Origin: Mobula hypostoma
Lineage: Eukaryota
Assembly (NCBI RefSeq): GCF_963921235.1
Contig: NC_086097.1
Coordinates: forward strand, 157,606,001 to 157,670,000
Direction: 5' to 3'
Length of the DNA: 64,000 nucleotides
The position numbers were made by a program, and so were the translations under genes. Every line of letters starts with the position of its first letter. The stretch's first letter is position 1. The notes beneath the pieces are model-generated. The model saw only the letters and a list, made by a program, of their open reading frames with translations, was not told where the DNA came from and did not search any database. This document shows positions 13,390 to 25,528 of this stretch, piece after piece.

Positions 13390-14125
13390 AGACTTTAATG
13401 GAACAGGGTTCAATGGAAAGTCTGAGCTTGATTTCAAAAACTATGGACAAATCCAGCACAAAAGCCACGTAAGGTTTTGCACAGACACAGTTCCGTGAAA
13501 GTGACAACACAGGAAGGCAGCATGGTGAGGAAGGCATATGGCACATTTGCCCTCATACGCTGTGTCTACAGGAGCTGAATTTCATTTCACAGTTGTATAA
13601 CATGCACGTCCGACAGCAATTGGAGTACTGTGCACAGTTCTGCTTCTCATGCTATTGGAGGAAGTGATTAAGGTAGGGTACAGTAAAGATTCACAAGAAC
13701 GTTGCCAGGAGTGGAATGCTTGAGATGAAAAGAGAGATGGGATAGGCTTGGACTGTTTACCCTGGAGTGAAAAAGGCTGAGGTTGACCTCATAAAGGTTT
13801 ACAAATTCATGAGTCGCATAGACAGAGTACATAGGCACAGTCTTTTTTCCCCAAGGTTGGGGCATCTAAGACTATGGGGCATGGGATTAAGGCGAGAGGG
13901 GAGAGATTTAAAAGGTATCTGAAGAGCAAGTTCTTTTTCCCCCTACACAGAAGGTGGTGGGTATATATAATGAGTTGCCACAATACATAGTACAGGCAGG
14001 TATAATTACTACATTTAAAATTCATTTGAACAGGTACATGAAAGGAGAGGAATTAGAAGGACTGGGCAAACACAGGCTTGGTTAGCTTGGATTGGCATGG
14101 ATAAGTTGTGCGGAATGTCTTTGAC
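13390..14125 (+). mobile_element. Decayed CR1 3' fragment
   Basis: ggagtactgtgcacagttctg, aggctgaggttgacctcataaaggtttacaaa, CR1 3' UTR. Confidence 0.8.
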
Positions 14126-15089
14126 TCATTCTTGATGCAGCATGTCCTGGAGAATATCTCAGCATGAATTTCACACAAGTAACAAAATCCAATGTTTACA
14201 TAGAAGTCAGACAGAGCTCAGTATACCTTGGGATACAAATTTTCAGCATACTCTATCAGGCATCACAACTGCCCACCAGTACCTCTTCTGGCACATCACT
14301 GGAATTATTGCAATGGTCTCTTGCTGGTAAGCCTGAATCCCGTTGTGTCTGCTCAGCCATAGTATCAGATGATTCACACCGGCAGCTTGAAGGTGGTAAA
14401 GGTCTGGGGATCACTTAGCCTGCAGTCACTTCATACTTGCCCAAAGTCACCAAAACCCTCGTACTTTGATAAGAATCTGAGGCTCCAGTGTCAAACTGAG
14501 AACCAGCATAGGTCAACAATACAAGGAGTGATAAGTGAATTGGACTTGATGTCAGTAACAGGCAGCACAATGCTTTGCTGAGTAGATCCTGCATTTTCTA
14601 TTTTAGGGTTTATGCAGTTATTTTGATTTTCATTATTTTTCAGGAATGAAAGATCAGCATTTGTCCAGGAGAGCGATGGGAGAGTGAACAAAGGCATTGT
14701 CGAGGCTTTCACTAATGCAGCAAAATAATGCAGTGCACTGGATAGCAATTTCATATACATGTCACTTTCTTTTTACAGTAAGCCAATTGAAAGGAGGATT
14801 AGAGGATTAGATTGCTGGGCAACTACCTGCTGAAAGCTTGAGTTAAATACAGTACGATTCACAGCCTGCGAGACCCTTCATCATATTGCGGTTGTATTCT
14901 TTCAATTCAGGACCTCATTTAAATCCTCAATTATAATTCATCAGTTTCTGTGCTGTTCCCTCTGCATTGTAACCCACAAGCTCACAGACAATTCCAAAGG
15001 TAACTCCGTTTTACAGAGAAACTGAAAATGTACTTTCACCTGAAATGCTTACAAATATAACATGACACTCCCTGCTATCCGTCGGATAT

Positions 15090-15295
15090 TCAGGGACATT
15101 GAACCTATGAACTCTACCTCTCTACTTTTTTTATTCCTATTTTTGCACTACTTATTTAATTTAACTATTTAATATATATATTTACTGTAATTTGCTTTTT
15201 TCCCTCTATTATTATGTATTGCACAGTACTGCTGCTGCAAAATCAACAAATTTCACAACATATGCCGATGATATTAAACCTGATTCAGATATTGA
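15090..15295 (+). mobile_element. Rex1-type 3' UTR fragment
   Basis: ggacattgaacctatgaac...tttgcactacttattt...catatgccgatgatattaaacctgatt, shared with copies near 38730 and 42200. Confidence 0.75.
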
Positions 15296-15568
15296 TGGCT
15301 GGTTCTTCATTCCATTTCAAGTAGAATATCTCAAAACGTTTCCATAGCAATCACTTTGAAAAACCTGCTCAAATGCTTTGAAAGGGCAGAAACAAAATCC
15401 TACAATACTGGACAGCACTTAACATTGAGATAAACAACTCCATTGGTGCGCTATATTAATACCGCTCTCAGCTCAAGAATTGGTCATGTTATACGTATGT
15501 ATCTCAAAAAAATACCAGCATCACAGATATTGAGCAATATTATGGTTAAGGTACTGGACTAGATCATT

Positions 15569-15671
15569 AACACAAGAGATTCTCTAGATGCTGGAAATCA
15601 CGAGCAACACACACAAGATGCTGAAGGACCTGCTGACTTGCCGAGTTCCTCCAGCATTTTGTGTGTGTTGT
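15569..15671. mobile_element. Short fold-back Penelope terminal-repeat insertion, centre deleted
   Basis: Inverted arms caacacacacaagatgctgaagga / tcctccagcattttgtgtgtgttg. Imperfect direct repeats tggactagatcatt (15555-15568) and tggactagtctatt (15672-15685). Confidence 0.7.
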
Positions 15672-16714
15672 TGGACTAGTCTATTGATTCATGTACACTA
15701 GGAAAATTTAAACACAAGTAGTGTCAGTAATGACAACCATAAATGAATTTACTAGATCTGGACAGTTCCATCTGTGTAATTAGCGCAGGGCAATGAATAA
15801 ATAAAACAATCCTGTGAACTCATCATCTAAAACATGTGTTAGAATGGGCTTGAAAGCTCAAACAGCCTCTAGATAAGCTATAAAAAATTCCAGGTTGATG
15901 GTGCAAAGTATCCTTGGACTTTTTCAAGTGTTTGAAATTTATATCAGAAGACTAGCACCAAATCATTTGCTCCAACTAAGAAACGTCATGCGATTGAATG
16001 ATCAGTAAATAAAATGCAACAGTCAGGCAATGCATTAAGAATTAGTCAGTTTCATAGGGAAACACCTGGTTCTTACTGCAGGTGACACTGCTTGTTCGTC
16101 AGTGTTACTGGAAGAGAAGAATTTCCTGCATTTATCTGTTGAGAACTGCTGAAACTTGCAATTGCCCGACATGACTATGCCAGGTTGCCCATGTGCCATA
16201 CAGGCCTGTGTTAAGTACATAGGGTTGGCAATGACTAGCAAAGACATTCACCCTGGAACCACGTGGATAGTCTTTTGATAGCACACTACTGAGCAAAGAA
16301 AAAACAAACTGTTTGTAGATAAATAAAAGAAATTCAAAAAGTTTAGAAACTGAAATTAAACCACTTTGAAGTTATAGAAATCAATTAAAAATATGAAGGA
16401 GAGTAAAGTAAGTTGAAAACTTACCCACACTTACCTTTCACTCTGGTTTAATGATGCCATTCAGGTGAATACTTCTGTATTTCTTATGTCAGCTCAGGTC
16501 TGGCTTAAGATAGTGAGCTAAATGTTTTATTAACTCTGTTCCACTCTGGTTAATCCAGTGCTGATTGCAATGGTGAAGTAGGAGTTTAGATACACTGACA
16601 TCTGACCTATGACTTATCTCTGACTTCTCAGTTTCAGTATGTAAGCTCAGTGGAAAAATGCCATATAGATAGGGTACTAACAGTACATTAACTAAACGGA
16701 AGCTGTACATTTTC

Positions 16715-17310
16715 TTGTTGTTGTACATCCCAGGACATTCTCTCTTCAAGCAGAAGATATAAAAGCCTGAAAGCACACACTACCAGGCTCAAAGGCATTT
16801 TCTACCATGCAGTGAGGTGACTATTGAATGATTCCTTGGTATGATAAGGAAGTCTCTTGACCTTACATTCTACCTTGTTATGGCCATGCACTTTTGTGTC
16901 AGCCTACACTACACTACCTCTGTAACTGTAAGACTTTATTCTTCATTCTGATTTTGTTTGACCTTGTACTACCTCAGTTCACTGATGTGAAGAAATGGCA
17001 GGACTGACCTCGATGCATAGGACATAAAAAAAAAATCATCAGTTTTACTGTTCTTAATTCTTATGTGCTTACCAACTCTACCGTCTTGCTCACCCCCATA
17101 ACATTAGCAATTTATACGAACTGGAGTAACATGGTACTGCAATTCTGTACTCTATGGCCTCCCATATCATCATATTTGTATCAACTAGATCAAATTGTTC
17201 AGAGGAAAGTTCACAAACTCAAAAAATTAACTCTGCTCCACACTCCACGGATAATTGCTCTGTATAGATGGAATTTCACTGTAACTTGGTACATGTGACA
17301 ATAATAAAAA
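16715..17310 (+). mobile_element. Rex1-type 3' fragments
   Basis: gcagaagatataaaagcctgaaagcacacactaccaggctcaaagg; tail cttggtacatgtgacaataataaa. Confidence 0.65.
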
Positions 17311-18699
17311 ATATATTTACCTCCATTTATTGATGAGCCTCAATTATCAGTGTTAAAAAAAATCAATGTTTCTGATTGTTACTTGATTATCTAATCATAG
17401 AGTTTTGAGTAGATTAGCTAAGTGCTTCTTCCAAAGGTGATTTGATGCAGAATGTTATTAATGAAAAATCTCTTCCCCTAATTCAAAACTACTTCATAGA
17501 CTCAATGATTAGTACTGCGGCAACTGAAATCAACATCACAAGTTATTTTAAAGTGAGGGATTGGGCAACAGTTTTCACACACAATCCAATGGTTGAGTTT
17601 CCTGTTGACACACAATCCTTGCAACAATGGCCTTGTACAGTAAAGAATAAAAATCAGAACTGAGCCAGCTATTTAAAAATAGATAAATTATATAATTTAA
17701 GAATATTGTCAACAATAAAGAATTGACAATAGTGCTGTAAATCATCTTGGCCACTTATTATAGATAGGATTGGAAATGATCAATATTGCTTTTCCAGATG
17801 AGTATAGAATCTCAGGCATTTCTTTGTGTTCTACAATAATTTACAGTTTATTTCTGATAATTCACTTTCTTACACAAATAATTGTAATTTTTCACTGCTG
17901 TTTGATTTTCACTTTTACCATAGGAACCATATAATGTTTCAAAACCATAATCTCAGCAGACTATCACTCAATTTGATACAAAGGTGAACAATAATAATCC
18001 TAAATATACCAGACAAGGAAGGGGATTTCCCTTGGTTCCTATAACCTTTAGTTCATTAGGGAATTTGCACTTGACAAGTGATTTAAAACCTAGATTAGGA
18101 GCCAAGAGATCTCAGTTTCATTTCTCATCATTTTATTCTGCAAATTTGCATAGGACTAAAAAAAATATGAAGTTTAGAATTGAATACAGTGATCATGTAG
18201 GAATTTTTGTGCCATAACTTCCAAAAGGGTTCACAAAATGGTTCGTGATATGGTCAATATGTATCTCTAAACCCACATCAATCTGATTGACTCTGCCCTC
18301 TGAAGTATCAAAGTAAAACAATGTTGCATCCAGATAATAAGGATTGGGAATAAATGCAGCATGGAAAGATGGTCATTAGTGACTATGGATACTCCACAAG
18401 GATATATAGCTTGTCACTAGAATCCTTTATTCTGTAAAATTCAAGGTAAATTTATTAAAGAATTATATGTTGCCAAGTTCATGTGTGATTCAGTTTCTTG
18501 CTGGCATTTACAGTAAAGAAAACACTACAATAGAATTTACAGAAACTATACATAAACAAAGGCGGCAAAAAACGGTGTGCAAAAGAAGACAAACGGTGCA
18601 AATAAAAGTAATACTGAGAACATGGGTTGTAAAGAGTCCTTGAAAGTGAGCCTGTAGCTTGTAGAATCAGTTCAGACTAGTTGTATTCTGCATCCCAAA

Positions 18700-19700
18700 T
18701 TGACAGTCCAATGTGGCGATTGGACAGAGAATTAGAGTGACAGGTGAATAGGGTCACCTCTGCGGGCTGAAGAAAGGTGCTCTGCAAAGCAGTGCACCCA
18801 ATCTGTGTGAGGTTCCCCATTGTAAAGGAGAACACATTGTGTGCAGGAAATGCAATACAGTAGATTCCAAGAGCTGCTGGTGAACTGTAGCTTCACTTGA
18901 AAGGCCTGTTTTGGTTCCTAAATGGTGGTAAATAACAAGGTAAAAATTGCCTCCTCTGCCATTGCATGGAAAAATGTTGTGTAAAGTGGACAAATTGGTG
19001 GAAGTTTATGAACAGTTCTGGAAGATTGAAAGTGATAAGTCCTTTCAGAATGCTGAAAGGGAAAGCAAAAATATGTCTGCTGGTGGAATCTCATTGAAAT
19101 TGGTGAGAAGTCATGATCAACCATGATGAAATGACGAAGCAGACTTAGCCAAATAGCCTAATTCTGCTCCTCGGTCTTATAGTCCACATTGTAATGCATA
19201 AGCTTGTGGGGTATAAGATGAAGACCAGGTAAACACTATCCTTACTCTGGCTTGGAAGAGAAGTGTGAGCAGAGGCTCAGGAAATAGACGTGATGTAATC
19301 AGTGGTTCCATCAGCATCAACAGAGATGAGGTCATGGATTAGGGAGAAGGAAAACATCTCAGAAACGTGTGTGTGGAATGTCTTACCATCACAAATATGG
19401 GAAAATGAAGGAAACAGAAAAATAGAATGGGGACCTTAATGAGACAGCGTGAGAGGAATATAGTTGAGATAGTTGTGAGAGTCTGTGATCTTAAAATAAG
19501 TATTGATAGCTAACCTATCCCTTCTGATGAAAATAGACAGGAAGGGAAAAATCAAGGGTGGATCATGTGCGGAAATTAACAGCAAAGGTAATGAAACGTG
19601 TGTGTTCTTTATGAATGCATGATCCAATAATCAATGTATGGCAAAGGGTTGGGGAATGGGGTTGATGAAGAAAAGTTAGTTGAAGTGAACATTGACAAAC
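18700..19700 (-). mobile_element. Old Penelope-like element fragment
   Basis: ORF 19436..19627 FPFLSIFIRRDRLAINTYFKITDSHNYLNY is a PLE RT thumb remnant; GIY-YIG-like remnant near 18790-18870. Confidence 0.7.
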
Positions 19701-19855
19701 CTTCAGAGGCCATTAGAGGAATCTGGAGTCACAAGCAATCTGTTGGAGGAACTTAGCAGGTTAAGCGTCATCTGTGAGGGGAAAGGAACTGTCAATGTTT
19801 CGGGTCCTGATGAGAGGTATTGACCCAAAATATTGACAAGTCCTTTCCTTCCACA

Positions 19856-21730
19856 TTAGAACATAGAACATTAAAAAGTTTTTGACAAGAGCAAGCCATT
19901 CAGCCCAACAAAGCTTGCCAAATTCCTATTCACATAGTGTGTTGAAATAACTATTGTTACATGCTCAAGGAGATCTGTGTTTTTTTTTGTGAGAATGATG
20001 TAATGGTCTTTTGGAGGTCACCTGATGTGATTTTCCCGTTGATGTGAGGTCACGTGATGACATGTGCACCATGGGTATACAAGGGAAGATCCAGGTGACA
20101 CAGTTAGTTTTTAGATTGTAGGTTTCCAGGTAGAACATGCTGTGTCTCCATTTCTGTTGCGTGTTTATTTTTGTGACGCAGTTTCATTTTTAAAACGGAG
20201 TGTGCATTCTGTTGCAAGATATAATATTATTGGACTGGAAATTTTTGCTAGATGTGTTGATTTACTTAATTCCAACAGTAGAAGGGAGAGTGAAAGATTT
20301 ATCGAAGTACAGGATTGAAGGATCGAGAGGAGTCGGCATCGTTCAGCAATTTAACAAAGGATCGACCTTATTGAGTCTTCGTTGGAGGAGTAGCGACCTG
20401 CATCAGAGATAACTCTTGCCAAAAGAGAAAAGGGTTCATGCAAAGGGTTGCTCTCTTTCTCTCTAAAAGAATTTAAAATTTCAGTTGGTTTAAACTGTTT
20501 ATTTTCGGCATTGTGAATCCTGTGGACAGAACCAGCAGGAAAGTTGTGTCTATGAAGAAGTCCTTCTCCAGAGAAGTCTCTCCCAATTGAACGTATAAAT
20601 CTGTTGGACTTTCGAATTTCCCACTTTAAGAACTATATCCGACTTTATCGTTTTAAGAACTGTTTTCGCATTTAACGCTTTAAGAAACCAGTGCCGAGTG
20701 ACAAGTTGTTGAATGGCTGCATAGTGGTTAACTTTCGGTTAATGTTTTTGTTTGTTTTTTACCTTATCGTTTATCCGTGTTTAATAAATGTTTGGTTGTT
20801 TTTATATAACCTGTCTCGGTTGATATTTATTGTTGCCATTTACGTAACACTATCGAGTTTAGATTGGAACATTTCTAAGGTACTACTCTCAACTACACAC
20901 CTAGGTAGTTTGCTCCATGTGTCCACAACTGCTATGTAAAGAGGTGCTTCCTGATGTAAGTCTGAAATCTCCCTTAACCAGTCTCTACCTATGGCCCATG
21001 CCACTGTTGATGGATTAATTTTGAAGTAGCAGCTGGCATCCACCTTACTTAATGATTCTGAACACTTCTATCATGTCTCCTCTCATTCTATGTCTACTTA
21101 GGCCAAAAAGATTTAATTCTTTCAATTTTTCATCATAGCTCATTCCTTGCATACCTGGAATGAGTCTTGTTGCCCTTCTCTGAATTCTCTCCAGTGCCTT
21201 CACATCCCTCACAAAATATGGAGACCAAAATTGTATGCAGCACTCAAGTGCATTAAACAGTTTAAGGAAAAAGTCTCCAGACTTGAACTCCACTGAGTGC
21301 ATTATAAAGCCCAACATTCTATTAGCCTTCCTAATAACATCTGTGCATTGTCTAGTTGTTGATAGTGATAAGTCTACCAGGAGGCCCAAATCTTTCTCAT
21401 TCAGTGCACTTTCTAACTCAGGACCCCCCCCCCCCCCCCAGTGCCCCAGTGTATATTTGAAGTATATCTAATATTTCTACTTCCTAAATGTAATATTTTA
21501 CATTTACTTACATTCAATTTCATCTGCCATTTAACTGGTCACATTTGAATTTTGTTTGGCTCTAACTGTATTGATTTTGCTGTCTGAACATTACCAGCCC
21601 GTCCTGCTAATTTTGTGTCATCTGCAAACTTTACTAATTTATTTGTTAGGAGCTTTTCCAAATCATTAATGTAAATTAAAAACAGCAGCAGCTCCAAAAC
21701 TGAACCCTGTGGAACTCCACTTTTAACAGA
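19856..21730 (-). mobile_element. CR1 LINE fragment split by a solo LTR
   Basis: ORFs 21539 (SGVPQGSVLELLLFLIYINDL, KFADDTKL) and 21045 (QFWSPY, QRRATRLIPG, RGDMIEVF); tctatgt-repeat tail at 19856-19872. Confidence 0.92.
19955..20849 (+). mobile_element. Solo LTR, 895 bp (Gypsy/ERV-type)
   Basis: Termini TGTTAC...GTAACA; 4-bp TSD CTAT (19951-19954 and 20850-20853); AATAAA ~20783; host CR1 rejoins seamlessly when it is removed. Confidence 0.9.
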
Positions 21731-23604
21731 AATGCCACTCAACCCATTGAGTTCTTCCAGCAGATAATGTGTTGCCTCTGAAATCTATTTTTACTTTGTC
21801 TGAGTTTTCTTTTTAAATAACTTTGCAGTTGTTTCAAATTAGCTTAAATAGTCTGGAATAAAATGTCCTTATCTCTCCCGTGAAGGGTATTGTGTTATCA
21901 CAGAAAAGCACTGTTCAGGACCAAATAGGAGAGCTCATCCATGAATAAGAACTGCCAGGATGAAGTACCACAGGCCAGTTGGCAGCTCATGTACTTAGCC
22001 TTGGAAAGGGAGAAAAATAACAGGAAATAAGATAACGGAAGCAGTCAGGAAAGATATATGCTAAAGTATACAATGTAGAAAGGAAATGAATAGCAACAGT
22101 CTTTTTCCTTTTGTCACATGAATTGGATTTGAAAGCAAATCGAATATTTACTGCCAGGACTTCAGAGCTCATTAACCCAAATCCATAATGTTTCTAATGG
22201 ACATAACTACAGACTATATATTTTTGCAATGCTTTAGCCAAAGCAAAGTCAGTTGTGGTTCAATTAATTTCCCTTAAATTGATAGATATTGGTTTGTCTA
22301 ATCTCAACTTTATAGCTTCATCTGTTTACACTCACATTTACAGGGAATTTTGCATTTCCTTTTCTAAGATAGATAGAGCCATTGGCTGAATCATACTGCT
22401 GAACTCAGAACAGCTCACCCATCAATAGTGAAGATGACAAAGGCTACAATGAGTGAGCGTGGAGATTAATGAGCCTTGACATTCACAATCCTCTTGGTAC
22501 CTGTGTTTTTTCATTTAAATAGCATATGTAAGCAATGGTGCCCAAAACTGATGCTTATAAACATGACTGGAGAACTATCAATGCGCATTGCAACAGAGAA
22601 GGAGCTTCAGTTAAACAAATTGTACACATTATTTTCTCACAATTTCTTTCCTTTCTTTGTTAAGCGTAACTTGTGGTCACACAACTCAGTTACACATATT
22701 TAAGTGCAACATAAAACCACAGCGCAGTGAAATGAGAAAAGTGCTTAATGTGAACAAATGTACTACCTACCTTATGTGGGACTAAACTATTCATATCAGA
22801 AGCATTTCAGGTTGAATATCTCAGCAGGGAGCAGCTGGGGTTATAACGAGACCTAGCATTGCATGCCAGACTGGAATTCATATGTCTGACAATGTGACTG
22901 AACATATAAACGAGCTTGCTTTTGTCCTCTGCAATGAATTGTCATCCATCCAAGGGAAGAGTGAATATTCCAATATCTCTCTTGTATACAATTAAACAAT
23001 TAATGGGAAGAAGCTCCAAGAGCACTCTAATTCTCAATAATGCTTGAAGCCAACACATAGGTACTAAAACAAATGACTGAAGCATTTTCAGCCATGTATA
23101 GTCAGAAATATTGGCTGGATGATCCATCTTAGCTTCCTCTTGAGAGCCCTAATATTACAGAAGAATGTTTTTAATCAATTTCATTCATTCTATGTAACAT
23201 CAAGAAAAGGTGAGGAATACCAGATAAAGCAAATGCGATGGAACCACACAACATCAACACTGAAAACCTGTGTTCTGGAAACACGTTCCAGCATGTTACA
23301 ACACTGGCTGCTATGCAGCAAAATGGAACATTGTCCAGGCAAGATATTTATTAAAAATTCGGACAAATCCAACATGGCTAATTACTGTTCATTTAATTTG
23401 CTCTCAAGCATCAGCAGGCCAATGGAAGCCATCATCAACAGTGGTGTACAGCAATATTTACTCACCAATAAACTGCACACTAATAACCTGCTTGGATATT
23501 ACCTGAGCCATTCTAGTCCAAACCTCATCAAAGCTTTGGTCCAAATAAACTTTAAACAGCTGAATTCAACAGATGACAGAAGAGTGACTATCCTTGATAT
23601 CAAG

Positions 23605-23826
23605 CAAAAGAAAATCTGCAAAGGCTGAAGATCCAGACGACGCACACGAAATGCTGCAGGAGCTCAACAGGCCAGGCAGGAACTATGGAAAAGAGTATAG
23701 GCAACATTCCTGGCCAAGACATTTCAGCAGGTTCTGATGAAGGTTCTTGGCCTAAAACATTGACTATACTTTTTTCCATAGATGTTGACTGGTCTGCTTA
23801 GCTCCTCTGGCATTTTGTGTGTGATT
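23605..23826. mobile_element. Fold-back (palindromic) Penelope terminal-repeat insertion with 12-bp TSD
   Basis: TSD cttgatatcaag (23593-23604) / cttgatctcaag (23827-23838); ~90-bp inverted arms meeting at ~23732. Confidence 0.85.
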
Positions 23827-24112
23827 CTTGATCTCAAGGCAGCATTTGAATGAATGTGGGGATCCAGTATCCCTGGTGAAACTGAGGTTAATGAGCATCA
23901 AAGGGGAAACACTCCAGTTGCTGGAGTCCTACCTGACATTCAGGTTGGTGGCTCTGGTTGATGGAGATCATGTATCTCATTAGAGAGATTTTCTTAGCAC
24001 AATGCTCTGGGTACAACCCTGACAGTTCTGTTTAAACCTCCTCAATAAATGAAGCAATCCATGCCTTCATGCAACAAGGCAACTATCAGGCATAAAATGG
24101 GAAAAAAATATT

Positions 24113-24392
24113 GATTGATTGATTGGTAGATCGATGTGCAGTGTGGAATAGGCCCTTTCAGACCTTTGAGCCCAGCAATCCTCTGATTCTAGTCTAATTA
24201 CAGGAAAGTTTACGATGGCTAATTAACATACCAACTGATACATCTTTTGACTGTGGGAGGGATCTGGAACACTCAGAGGAAACACACATGGTCATGGGGA
24301 GAACATACACACTCCTTACAGACAGCAGCAGGAATTGAACCTCAGTTGCTGGTAGCTGTAAGGCATTATGCTAACCACTATGCTACCGTGAT
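24113..24392 (-). mobile_element. tRNA-derived V-SINE (HE1-like)
   Basis: Minus strand ggtagcatagtggttagc (A box), ggttcaattcc (B box), V-domain ctgtaaggagtgtgtatgttctcccc..tttcctc, CR1-like tail. Confidence 0.85.
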
Positions 24393-24999
24393 GTCCCAAG
24401 TTGGCATGCAGCATTCACACCACTGAAATGCTGGCTGAGCAAAGACCTTCACCAACATGATAGAGACAAGCCACTTAACAGTGACACAGATTAATGCTCC
24501 CATCAACATATACCCTTACCATTGATCCTGGGATTCCTCACTGACCTGAAATTCAACTGGAACAGCCTCACAAATACTGTGGCTACAAGAGCAAGTCTGG
24601 AACAAGTTACCTTGAGATGATTGAATCAACTCTCGACAGTCTCAGAATTTCAGGAGCACCCAGAAGCTCTACACCTTCACGACAAGGAAGCTAACTTATC
24701 TGGAACCTCGTTCATGACCATAGAGAATTAATTCCCACCAACATTAATGTGACTTCACTGAGTACCATTTAAAACCTGCACTGCAATTACTATCCTGGGC
24801 TATCCAATAGAAAATCCTGAACTTCCAACCTCAAGTATCAAGAAGGGTTGTAGATGCATGAGTACAACTCAATCTGCATGTTGCTTCCAAGTCGCACACC
24901 AAGCTGGCTTGGAAATATACGACAGTTCTTTCTCTGGAACTCCCAACCCAACAGGCAAAGTGCCCTCACCGGAGGAACTACAATGATTCAAAAGCATAT

Positions 25000-25287
25000 A
25001 TTTTTCTATTTAGAAATACAGTGCGGAATAAGCCCTTCTGGCTCTTCGAGCCACACTGCCACACCCGCCCAATTCAACTCTAGCCTAATCATGCGACAAT
25101 TTACAATGACCAATTAACCTACTAACCAGTACATCCTTGGACTCTGGGAGAAAACCAGAGCACCCGGAGGAAACCCATGCATTCCAAGGGCAGGCCGTAC
25201 AAACTCCTCAAAGAGGATGGTTGGATTGAGCTCCAAACTCGAACCCCCTGAGCTGTAATAGTCTCGTGTGAACCACTACGCTACCAA
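25000..25287 (-). mobile_element. V-SINE (HE1-like)
   Basis: ggtagcgtagtggttcac..ggggttcgagt..gggtttcctccgggtgctctggttttctccca. Confidence 0.85.
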
Positions 25288-25528
25288 GATGTCCAAAATT
25301 ACACCGACTACACCCACTCCATAACAGTCATACCTTTTCCAATGTACCAATTACTGCTATAAGAGAAGAGGGGCAGCAAATGACTAAAAGAGAACAGAAA
25401 TTCTGGCTCTGATTTTCATAGAAAACTGGCCCTTTGATCCAACTGGTCCATACTATCCATTTAATAAATTTCATAACATTTTAAAGAAAATCTTGTCTAA
25501 CAGTGAAGTAAGAAAATAAATTGCAATA

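Larger units (their letters stand above)
19725..21778. mobile_element. Fold-back Penelope terminal repeat (19725-19855 plus ~21731-21778) interrupted by a CR1
   Basis: Left arm tctgttggaggaacttagc..ggaaaggaactgtcaatgtttcggg; right arm ctgatga..cccaaaatattgacaagtcctttcc | tgagttcttccagcaga. Confidence 0.7.
23270..24990 (+). mobile_element. Old CR1/L2-group LINE RT fragment carrying two younger insertions
   Basis: ORF 23119..23628 ANYCSFNLLSSISRPMEAII...RVTILDIK, continuing AAF after the insertion at 23605-23826. Confidence 0.75.

Noticed and set aside
24300..24392. tRNA-like A/B boxes (also ~25230-25287 and ~27760-27830)
   Set aside because: SINE heads followed by a V-domain, not cloverleaf tRNA genes.
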